Shown: piece after piece, positions 1 through 8,059 of the stretch | How positions within the stretch are numbered: position 1 is the stretch's first letter | Layout: each line of letters starts with the position of its first letter | Source: an uncultured Lachnospiraceae bacterium | GTDB lineage: Bacteria > Bacillota > Clostridia > Lachnospirales > Lachnospiraceae | Reading direction: 5' to 3' | Length of the DNA stretch: 64,000 nt | Assembly: GCA_910583835.1 (NCBI GenBank) | Contig: CAJTYM010000022.1 | Span: 26 to 64,025 of the forward strand | Position numbers and translations under genes: made by a program | Notes under the pieces: model-generated | Told to the model about the DNA's origin: nothing | Seen by the model: the letters and a program-made list of their open reading frames with translations, nothing else | The model's database searches: none

Positions 1-168
1 TATGCATTACAAGATGAAAAAGTGAACGAAACAATCAATTACGAAAAAATGCTTAAAATGCTTGACCGAGGCATTGACGATATGGAAGCCGGAAGAGAAT
101 TGCCTCTAACAGAAGCTTTTGTTAAAATTACGGAATTAAGGAACAGGCGGAGAAATGCAGAAGTATAA
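1..168 (+). CDS. Putative antitoxin, 5' end outside window (...MLDRGIDDMEAGRELPLTEAFVKITELRNRRRNAEV*)
   Basis: Frame 1 is open from base 1 to TAA at 166-168; overlaps the RelE/ParE start; the GIDDMEAGR segment resembles C-termini of ParD/Phd-type antitoxins. Confidence 0.65.
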   Translation, partial: YALQDEKVNETINYEKMLKMLDRGIDDMEAGRELPLTEAFVKITELRNRRRNAEV

Positions 169-487
169 AGTTATCGTAACGTGGGAAGCTGTCTATGATA
201 TAGCCGAAATTGCAGATTATATAGAAGCACAGTTTGGGATAGCAAGGGCTGACCGCTTTCAGGAAGAGATAAAGGAGCGTTTGGATAAACTTGAAATATT
301 AGGCGGTATTTTTGGAAAAACATATCTATGTTATCGTGGATATTCTATTTATAAGAACCCATTTCCGCCGTCTATTATTTTTTACATTATCATAGAATCC
401 GAAAAAGAAATCCATGTCTTAAGGGTGTTGAGAGAGGAACGTGATTGGGAAAGCATTCTTACAAGGCAACGTGATTATACATACTAA
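155..487 (+). CDS. Type II toxin, RelE/ParE family
   Basis: 110 aa; N-terminal YKVIVT..AVYDIAEIADYI and C-terminal IIFYII....IHVLRVL fit the ParE/RelE pattern. Confidence 0.85.
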   Translation: MQKYKVIVTWEAVYDIAEIADYIEAQFGIARADRFQEEIKERLDKLEILGGIFGKTYLCYRGYSIYKNPFPPSIIFYIIIESEKEIHVLRVLREERDWESILTRQRDYTY

Positions 488-985
488 AACGGTAAGATAA
501 TATCTTTTCTGAATGGCATATTTTAAAACTTTAAAGGTTTAAAATTCACACCGCTCACCATTCGGTGCGGACGATTTCCCGAATTTAAAATGAAATACGG
601 AATTAAAGAAATATTTTAAATACCATTTTTCCCATAGGAAAACATCTTTATGGCAGCAGTTGTTTATTTTAAACTCGGAATGGGTGTGTGTTTCCTCCAC
701 GCTTCTATTTAGGCGACATCTATGGAAAAATCCGCATTTCATTTTAGCCATTTCTTACAGCGGCAATAAGCAAGGAAACGCCGAACAGAGATTGCTTATC
801 AGTCTTGCCGGGAAATCCAACGAGGGTAGTCTCCACTCTTTCAGAACGCTTACTGACAATGATGGGCAATCCTATTGCATAGTAAAAATCGTCCCTATGG
901 GATTCAAGCGTTTTACCGTGGCTTTTACCGCTGAAAAGAAGCATTTATACTGTAAGCAAATAGGATAAAAGTTATATAGCAAGGG

Positions 986-1030
986 AAAAGCCCTGCTGCC
1001 TTTTAGGAATCCCTTAAGGCAACAGGGCTT
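986..1030 (-). terminator. Intrinsic terminator after the ATPase gene
   Basis: AAGCCCTGCTGCC...GGCAACAGGGCTT stem with a T-run on the minus strand. Confidence 0.6.
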
Positions 1031-1045
1031 AGTATCCTTTGTATT

Positions 1046-2498
1046 CTATTCCTCATTCTTTTCAAGTATTAATTTGATATGCCTGCTATTATTTCTTGTT
1101 TTATTCATTTCGACAATAATTCCAGCTGTTTCAAGTTCAACATTAAGATTATTTATTTCCCTTGATAAACGATTAGCAGTGGAGGGGATTTTTAGTTCTA
1201 TACCGTCATAATGTTGTAATGCCTTAAAATTAGTTAATGATTGTAATAATGTACTCATCGTACCAGACCATTGGTAATTATTTTCTTCAAGGAAAGCCAC
1301 AAGAACCTCTAGCAAATCTGGATTTTTCTTAAAATCTTTAAGCTGATAGTTCAAAAGTGTAATATAATCGGCACAGAACTCATCTCCCGCTCCTTTTCTC
1401 CACGCCTCACAAATAATAGCCATAGTCATAAAAACTCGACATTCTTATATCACATCCCTGTCTGGAAATAGAATTTGGCCTGTAATTTTTTAGAGCTTCA
1501 GACAATATCCGAAAGATACCGCCCAAAATAACCGCACGGTCGTTCATAAATTCTTCTGTCAAAACAACTTTATCATAGGCAAAGTTGTCCTTATCTGTCG
1601 GCTTTAAGATATTCATGACAATGCTCCGGCTTAACATATCGGGTTCTTTGACTACATCATAAATACCGTTTAGAATAATCGGCTGGCATAAATCGTAGCG
1701 CATCATTTCATTGTCCGTAAATAGTTTTCTGCGGATATCTTTTATACGAGTTATGATTGCACACAGCATATCGCTCTGTTTTTCAGAAAGCGTCCGCTGG
1801 TTATCAAATGCCATTAAATAGTTATTTTGAAACGCCAATGCCAGGTCAGCAGGGTTATGTGGAAACAAGCTTGGTGAATTATCTCCAACAGGGTCAACTA
1901 AAGCCTTTATAAAAGTGCTCATTGTAGACTTGCCCGAACCTTGTTCCCCGGTCAGCACCAGACAAGGATGCTCAATATCTGCGATAAACAAACTTACAAT
2001 ATATGCGACAAATATATTCCTCATATTCTCAGGAATCCGGCAATACTTGAAGATTTTGCCAACATCACCATTATCCCAATCGGGTAAAGGAATATTGTTC
2101 TTTTCGGAATGCTTATAAAAATACTTATATGCTTTCAGTTTAAGAGAGAAGCCCTTTTCTGAAATAGCATAATAAGCATCTGCCTTGTTCCCGGCATCAA
2201 TCCATAACTCGTTATCTGGTGTTTTAATTAAGCGGTTTGGATTTTTTACTATTTTGCACTGGCCTACAATATCACCTTGAAAACTGCGGATACAGTTTTT
2301 GATGGGAGCAGCTGATATTACGTTTCCACATCTTTTGCGGTATCGGCTGGCAATGATACTGATATATTTGCTATTGCTGATGGAAACGTCCTCCTTTCCG
2401 TTTGCGGTGGAAATTGTTGCGAGAATGCCTAAATCAGTATTTTTGTAGTAAAAGCCATTCTCTATGATATCAAAAAGCACGTTATAATCTATATCCAT
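1046..2498 (-). pseudogene. Frameshifted P-loop ATPase (helicase-like protein of integrative elements), split into ORFs 1407-2516 and 1046-1429
   Basis: Walker A GEQGSGKST and Walker B-like LMAFDN; ...FYDYGYY continues as ICEAWRKG in the neighbouring frame at about 1410-1420; GGAGGG RBS before ATG at 2498. Confidence 0.7.
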
Positions 2499-3033
2499 AC
2501 TTATCCCTCCTAACATGGATATTTCAATATGAAACTATGAGGTATTCTGCATATTTACTCAAAATACCATTAATAAGTTTACTGTACCAATTTGGGTAAT
2601 TAGGAGGAATGCGCATTCCTTATTGGATAAATTAATTATAGCAAAAATGAAGCAACATATCTATTGACGAGATATTAGAAATTGCGTTATGTGTAAAATA
2701 AGGTAATCGCTCACTCGCTTAATGGCGAGTTTGCTCTGATGCTCTTTAAGATACATCTAATAAATTGCACAAAACATACGTTCTGTGCTTGTTTAAAAGA
2801 AAATACGGAAATAAATTTTCTATCTCCGTATCTCCCAATCCTTTTTACTCTCTTTTTGAACAAAGGCGCACTATTTTATTTTTAGCTGGGCTTTCTCCAA
2901 CACACAGCTTAAAAACGGCTCTCGCATCATTTCCGCACCGTAAAAATACATCAATACGATAGTCCGTCAATCTATTCGTTTAATTTTCTCCGTCAGTACC
3001 TAAGTCTGGAAGCTGAATATAAGTTCCACTATA

Positions 3034-3951
3034 TTATTCCAATTCGCCCGTTCCAGTAAGGATAACCTCATTTCCAGTCATTTCAAGATAGACCCAGGAA
3101 TCAACGTCATATTCCGTACACCCCTCATATTTATCCTCGCCAGTGCTGTTAAGGTAAATACTTGTTATCCCCTCAAGAGCCATTTCTACATTTCCGTCAA
3201 TAAAATATAAAGAAATAACAGCGTCCCACCCTCCGCTTGTTTCATAACACTCATAACTCTGTGATGGATACGAATAATTATTATCAGTATTATCTTCCGG
3301 CTGAACCTCCTGAAAATTTCCATTTACAGCCATATAAGTATCACTCTCGTTGAGCCATTGCCCATTAAGGTCACTTTTACTAAGAAGAATTACCTTATCC
3401 TCATTATAAAAATAGCAGACTGAGGTGGTGGATTGTAACACGGTATCGGAAAACCTATATTGAATATATTCCTCCGTATCATCAGTACCTACTTGAACCG
3501 CAGACGTTGGTACATTACCTACCACCAAACAGTTCTGGTCATTCAGATATTCCGAACCTACCATAAACCAAAATTCATCACCCTCTTTTTCAATCCAAAA
3601 ATACAATCCGCTATCAGCAGACTGAAAAGCCTTATCTTTCCACCATTCGTGCTTCAAATCTGTTTTATCATCAGTCACATCAGACTGTACGGGGATTTCT
3701 GTAGATTCTTCCCGTTGCGGTGTAATATCATTATTCACTGTGTTGGCTATAGTTTTACTATCCCTTTTCAAAAGAGAACCAAAAACTATGATACAAATTA
3801 AGATAACCGCTACAAAGCCAATTATTACTAAACCGTATTTTCTATCTTTTTTACCCACAACCTTATTCTTATTACCGTTTTCTGTAGGAGTTCCACAATT
3901 CGGACAGTATTTCATATCCGTAACATCAGTACCACAATTTCTACAAAACAT
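3034..3951 (-). CDS. Zinc-ribbon domain membrane protein with an acidic extracellular region
   Basis: MFCRNCG...YCPNCG zinc ribbon, one TM segment (GLVIIGFVAVILICIIVFGSLL), GGAGG RBS before ATG 3951; stop may be premature. Confidence 0.75.
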   Translation of the reverse strand: MFCRNCGTDVTDMKYCPNCGTPTENGNKNKVVGKKDRKYGLVIIGFVAVILICIIVFGSLLKRDSKTIANTVNNDITPQREESTEIPVQSDVTDDKTDLKHEWWKDKAFQSADSGLYFWIEKEGDEFWFMVGSEYLNDQNCLVVGNVPTSAVQVGTDDTEEYIQYRFSDTVLQSTTSVCYFYNEDKVILLSKSDLNGQWLNESDTYMAVNGNFQEVQPEDNTDNNYSYPSQSYECYETSGGWDAVISLYFIDGNVEMALEGITSIYLNSTGEDKYEGCTEYDVDSWVYLEMTGNEVILTGTGELE

Positions 3952-3970
3952 ACATTCAAACCTCCATCTT

Positions 3971-4267
3971 TCATTCTCTGCGGGATATATCACAATCCCC
4001 CAATTCCTTTATCTTTTCGATGACCTCTTCAATAAAGCGTTCCGTTCTCCGTCTACCATAATACTCATAGGGATTTACGCTTTTCTCCGTCTTTTCGTCC
4101 ATCCACGGATTCACCACCCAATAACCGTTAAACTCGAATTTAACTATATCAACCGTAGCCAGTCCAGAACCATCATGCCACATAGCGTCCATCTGGTTCC
4201 AAGCAAAGTTTTTTACCGATTCCATTGTCACTTTTATACAATCCACCCTCCCTTTCCTCCGTTTCAT
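3971..4267 (-). CDS. Hypothetical protein
   Basis: 98-aa ORF with purine-rich upstream region, directly upstream of the zinc-ribbon gene; start uncertain. Confidence 0.55.
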   Translation of the reverse strand: MKRRKGRVDCIKVTMESVKNFAWNQMDAMWHDGSGLATVDIVKFEFNGYWVVNPWMDEKTEKSVNPYEYYGRRRTERFIEEVIEKIKELGDCDISRRE

Positions 4268-4398
4268 CTAATTACCCCTACTTTACGCATAAATACAACT
4301 GTAAGCATAGATAATAAAAGCATACCGCATATTCATATAAAAAGCAACAGTGAGTATCATTTTCTTTAGCTGATAGTTTCAAGAAAAGGAGTGATACA

Positions 4399-4731
4399 GT
4401 GGACTACAAACTTCTCGGAAAACGGATAAGGGAAGAACGCCTACGGCTGGGAAAAACACAGGAGAGTCTTGCGGAAGAGGTCAATATCTCAACCGCCTAT
4501 CTCGGACAGATAGAACGTGGGGAACGGAGCGTTACGCTGGATAAGCTGATACCTCTGGCGAATAAACTGGGGGTAAGCGTAGATTTCCTATTAGCCGAAT
4601 ACCTTACCCCGAATGACGATAACAGCCTTGACCTGATGAGACAGCTTTTTAGCGGTAAAAGTGCGGAGGAAAAGGAATTAGCCGTTCATATGGTGAAACT
4701 CTTATTTTCCTATACCGAAAACCGCTTTTAG
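4399..4731 (+). CDS. XRE-family helix-turn-helix transcriptional regulator
   Basis: LGKRIREERLRLGKTQESLAEEVNISTAYLGQIERGE is an HTH_3 signature; AAGGAG RBS. Confidence 0.92.
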   Translation: MDYKLLGKRIREERLRLGKTQESLAEEVNISTAYLGQIERGERSVTLDKLIPLANKLGVSVDFLLAEYLTPNDDNSLDLMRQLFSGKSAEEKELAVHMVKLLFSYTENRF

Positions 4732-4737
4732 AGAGGG

Positions 4738-5031
4738 TACGGTGATACGGAGATAGAATTTAGAAAATTTTAAATTTTTCCTTAAGAGGGGCTTCGCCCC
4801 TCTTAACTGCTCGCTTCGCTCGTAGATTAGGGATTGGCTTATTTTACTTTTACGAAAAGATTACGGTTAAAGTGAGATTAGATATAACACCTTATAGCCA
4901 TTTTTAAATAAGATTATTCAAAAGAATACAGACGGAGCGAAGCGACGTTTTTGCGAAGCAAAGGCTATTTCTAAGATTCTAAAAGTTTAAATTTTTAAAA
5001 GTTTTCGTTTTCTATCGCCGGTATCACCGTA
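4738..5031. repeat. Nested inverted-repeat non-coding region with four GCGAAGC/GCTTCGC mini-hairpin motifs
   Basis: Terminal IR TACGGTGATACGGAGATAGAA (4738-4758) / TTCTATCGCCGGTATCACCGTA (5010-5031); hairpin 4782-4806; 4811-4821 pairs with 4935-4945. Confidence 0.75.
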
Positions 5032-5039
5032 TCACCGCC

Positions 5040-5273
5040 TTACATAAAGTCCAACACAAAGCGTATTCCCTCCGTAAACCCACGGTAAAACCATTCTTTC
5101 TCCAGATTCCGGTAAAACTCGTTTAGTTCTTCCTCAATAGACAGGTAATCTTCCCCAGGTATCACAGCGGCTAGCCTGCGATATATCCGCTTTTCCGCCA
5201 GTTCCTCAATCGTTCGTTCCCACGGCTTATGGTGACAAATTGAATCCGTTATATACTTTTCCACAATTCCCAC
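5040..5273 (-). CDS. Small hypothetical protein downstream of the integrase
   Basis: 77 aa; C-terminal WFYRGFTEGIRF motif typical of small Clostridial mobile-element proteins; starts 7 nt after the integrase stop. Confidence 0.65.
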   Translation of the reverse strand: MGIVEKYITDSICHHKPWERTIEELAEKRIYRRLAAVIPGEDYLSIEEELNEFYRNLEKEWFYRGFTEGIRFVLDFM

Positions 5274-5279
5274 CGCCTT

Positions 5280-6233
5280 TTACTTAGCCATAGCAATCTT
5301 TTTACAACCATTTGGGGCAACAGTACGGTCTAGGGGATTAAATTTATCAAAGTCTACGGATAAATCATTGCCGAACATCTGCACATATTCCTTTACCACA
5401 GATAAATCGCTATGCCCCAGTATTTTTTGAAGCCGGAATATATCCCCGCCGTTCAATATCCACTTTTTAGCGAATGTATGACGGTAAAGGTGGGCTGATG
5501 TCTTTTCTACGCCCTTACTGCGGTTATATGCCGCTAACATATCCTGATAGGTGCGTATATCCCCTTTGTTTCCGTATGTATTACAGAATACATAGTCCTC
5601 CGCTTCGCCTTTTCGGTATTTGAGATATTCCCTCATGATATTTGCCAGCGTCCTCGAAAGAGGTATGATTTGGGCGGTGCGGTTTTTCGTGTGGTTGAGT
5701 GTTATCATACTGCTGTCAAAGTCTATATCCTCTATTTTAAGACTGAGGGCGGTGGAGATACGGTTTCCAGTACCTAAAAGATAATTGGAGAATACCCAAA
5801 TCTTATATTCCGAAAATCCACAGGTCTTTAAGTTGGGCTTTTTCAAAAGCACACTTAGTTCCGTATCGGTATAAGTTTCCTTGAGTTTCTTATCTACTTT
5901 TGGAATACGGATTTTGAAATCAGCCATATAATCCATTTCCATACAGTAATAAAGGAAAGCCCGAAGCCCTCTAAGGTAGGTGTTAACCGTCACATCATTG
6001 CAGACATGCTTATCGGAACGCAGCTCCAATATAAAGTTGTTTACAGTAGCCAGAGTAACATCAGAAATAAGGAATGTTTCATCATTTAAGAAACGGTGGA
6101 ATACATTAAATTGATACTGATAAAGTTTAATTGTTTCCCCAGACAGATTTTTAATCCGGCAGTGTCCTTTGAAGTCCGCAAACGCTTCGTCCACGGTTAA
6201 GTTGTCTGAGTTTTTAAGGGATAATTTTTTCAT
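5280..6233 (-). CDS. Tyrosine recombinase/integrase
   Basis: Catalytic residues TGNRIS (R), HTKN (K), HLYRH (HxxR), LGHS (H) and VKEYV (Y); N-terminal SAM-like domain; AAAGGAG RBS. Confidence 0.93.
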   Translation of the reverse strand: MKKLSLKNSDNLTVDEAFADFKGHCRIKNLSGETIKLYQYQFNVFHRFLNDETFLISDVTLATVNNFILELRSDKHVCNDVTVNTYLRGLRAFLYYCMEMDYMADFKIRIPKVDKKLKETYTDTELSVLLKKPNLKTCGFSEYKIWVFSNYLLGTGNRISTALSLKIEDIDFDSSMITLNHTKNRTAQIIPLSRTLANIMREYLKYRKGEAEDYVFCNTYGNKGDIRTYQDMLAAYNRSKGVEKTSAHLYRHTFAKKWILNGGDIFRLQKILGHSDLSVVKEYVQMFGNDLSVDFDKFNPLDRTVAPNGCKKIAMAK

Positions 6234-6325
6234 GGGAATGCTCCTTTCTTATGCTCGTTAAACGCCCAGAAAACTGTAAATCGGTCTTGCGAGTAAAAAA
6301 GGAACAAATAGAAATTTTTAGAAAG

Positions 6326-6360
6326 AAAAAACCTTGGTAAACTCTGAATTTACCAAGGTT
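6326..6360 (-). terminator. Intrinsic terminator immediately 3' of tRNA-Leu
   Basis: 12-bp stem AACCTTGGTAAA/TTTACCAAGGTT followed by a T-run on the minus strand. Confidence 0.75.
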
Positions 6361-6363
6361 AAA

Positions 6364-6447
6364 TGCGGAAGATGGGACTTGAACCCACACGTCTATACAG
6401 ACACAAGATCCTTAGTCTTGCCTGTCTGCCAATTCCAGCACTTCCGC
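6364..6447 (-). tRNA. tRNA-Leu, anticodon AAG (CCA not encoded)
   Basis: GCGGAAG acceptor stem, D-loop GGAATTGGCAGAC, anticodon arm CAAGA-CTAAGGA-TCTTG, long variable arm, T-loop GTTCAAG, discriminator A. Confidence 0.95.
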
Positions 6448-6486
6448 AGACAATATAAATTGTCATGTCATCTTGACGACTTTAAA

Positions 6487-6515
6487 ATAGTACCAAATCC
6501 TGGCGGGATTGTCAA
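6487..6515 (-). promoter_or_regulatory. SigA-type promoter of tRNA-Leu
   Basis: TTGACA-17 nt-TACTAT on the minus strand. Confidence 0.7.
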
Positions 6516-6551
6516 TATGATTTTTTAATTTTTTTGATTTTTTGACAATAA

Positions 6552-8030
6552 CTAACCTTTACGAATGATAAATAAAAAATAATTCTCTTTCTCATCCATA
6601 CTGAATTCCCTGAGCAGCGTGAATTCCTTATGCAGACGGAGCTGTTTTTTTACAAGATTTTTCTCATTGGCATACATGATAATCTGCCCCTGTTCTTCCA
6701 GCAACTCTGCTGCTTTATCAAAAAACGAAGCATAGAGTTCATCGAGTTCTGCCCGGCCCTTCTTTCCCCGCTCCGGCATGTCCGTAATAATCTCATCAAA
6801 TAGATACTTATGTGTAAACTCAAAAAAGTCCCGGTTGATATAGTAAACTTCCTTGCCGGCAAGCTCTGTGTTCTCCTTCGCCTTGGCAATTGCCTCCCCA
6901 AAAATGTCAACGCCGTACATCACTTTCGCCGGGCACACCTTGTCCCGCTCAATCAGCATAGTCCCCACGCCGCAGAATGGGTCTAACACTTGCGCCTGTT
7001 CTGCCATATAAGGTTTTGCCAGCCTGGCTATCAAAGCCGCCTGCTCAGGCTTGATGGATGCTGCCACCGTATGCTTACGGTAGGGAAAACGCTCCTCCCC
7101 AAACGTAAACAATTTTACCAGCGGCAGGAAATCACCGTCCCGGTTTTCCATCAAGCGGATTTCCAGTTCATAATCGGAAGCCGAGTTCTTTAACCTCCCG
7201 CCAGTCTCCTGTTCCAGGGCAAAACTGCATTTTTTGACAAACGCGCTGCGCTGGTCTAAAGCCCTCGGGCTGTGCAGGCTCAGGCGGAAATAAAACGCAT
7301 CATCCGCCCCATGCGCTCTTTGCAGCATTTCCAGCAGGTCAGACTGCGCCAATGTTGCCGCTGCTTCCCGGGGTCCTGCGGGGATTTTCTTTATATTTAA
7401 GGGAAACAGCAATTCCCGGTATGTGGGAATCCGCAAAACGGATTTTAAGCGGCTGGTATATACGCGCACCCCGCTTTTGAGAATCGTAACCTTCCCTTCC
7501 TTAATCTGACCTGCCGTTATCTGCTGATACTGTTTCCCGGTAGTGAGAATGACCTCCCAGGCAGCATCATATCCCTGAAACCGGTGTCTCCTGTGGACGG
7601 TGCCTTTGTCCACAAGTTTGCGCAAAGCCGACAGTTCCTCACGGATATGCTTTTCTTCCTCCACGGCAGGACGGTACGTCTCAAGCTGTTCGAGACGTTT
7701 TCTCAGCCCTCCCATACAGACGGAACAGTCCAGTCCCTTAAGCGCCTTGAGATAATCGCTTTTTACAAATAACTGCTGCTCTTTTTCGTATGCCTGATAC
7801 AGCAGCAGCACATTCTCGTCCTGCCCAAGCTGTCCCAAAACCAGAGCTGCATTCTTGCGCACCTTAGGGTCGGATTCCTCCAGCATTTTAGCAAGTAAAC
7901 TGTAATCTCCCTCAAGGATAGCAAGAAGCTCCTGTTTTGAAGTTTCGTCTTTCAGTTCCTGTTTTAACTCTATCAGGGTTTTCCGCAAATCCTGTCCCGT
8001 TTTCAGGCGTTCGTACTGCTCTCTTATCAT
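6552..8030 (-). CDS. SAM-dependent (putative RNA) methyltransferase with an N-terminal HEAT-like repeat
   Basis: VLDPFCGVGTMLIE motif I and IITDMP motif IV; DPKVRKNAALVLGQL HEAT-like segment. Confidence 0.8.
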   Translation of the reverse strand: MIREQYERLKTGQDLRKTLIELKQELKDETSKQELLAILEGDYSLLAKMLEESDPKVRKNAALVLGQLGQDENVLLLYQAYEKEQQLFVKSDYLKALKGLDCSVCMGGLRKRLEQLETYRPAVEEEKHIREELSALRKLVDKGTVHRRHRFQGYDAAWEVILTTGKQYQQITAGQIKEGKVTILKSGVRVYTSRLKSVLRIPTYRELLFPLNIKKIPAGPREAAATLAQSDLLEMLQRAHGADDAFYFRLSLHSPRALDQRSAFVKKCSFALEQETGGRLKNSASDYELEIRLMENRDGDFLPLVKLFTFGEERFPYRKHTVAASIKPEQAALIARLAKPYMAEQAQVLDPFCGVGTMLIERDKVCPAKVMYGVDIFGEAIAKAKENTELAGKEVYYINRDFFEFTHKYLFDEIITDMPERGKKGRAELDELYASFFDKAAELLEEQGQIIMYANEKNLVKKQLRLHKEFTLLREFSMDEKENYFLFIIRKG

Positions 8031-8059
8031 ATCTGCTCCAATCATTTTACATAATCCGC

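Larger units (their letters stand above)
1..6363. mobile_element. Integrative element or genomic island at the 3' end of tRNA-Leu; left boundary outside the window
   Basis: Tyrosine integrase next to the tRNA 3' end, AT-rich composition, XRE regulator, TA pair and P-loop ATPase cargo; no convincing att duplicate in the window. Confidence 0.8.

Noticed and set aside
566..575. TGCGGACGAT as the second att copy of the tRNA 3' end (TGCGGAAGAT)
   Set aside because: Only 9/10 identity, and AT-rich TA cargo continues to the left, so the true boundary is probably outside the window
539..968. ORFs 539-751, 660-968 and 744-944 as real genes
   Set aside because: Mutually overlapping, no clear RBS and no recognisable protein features
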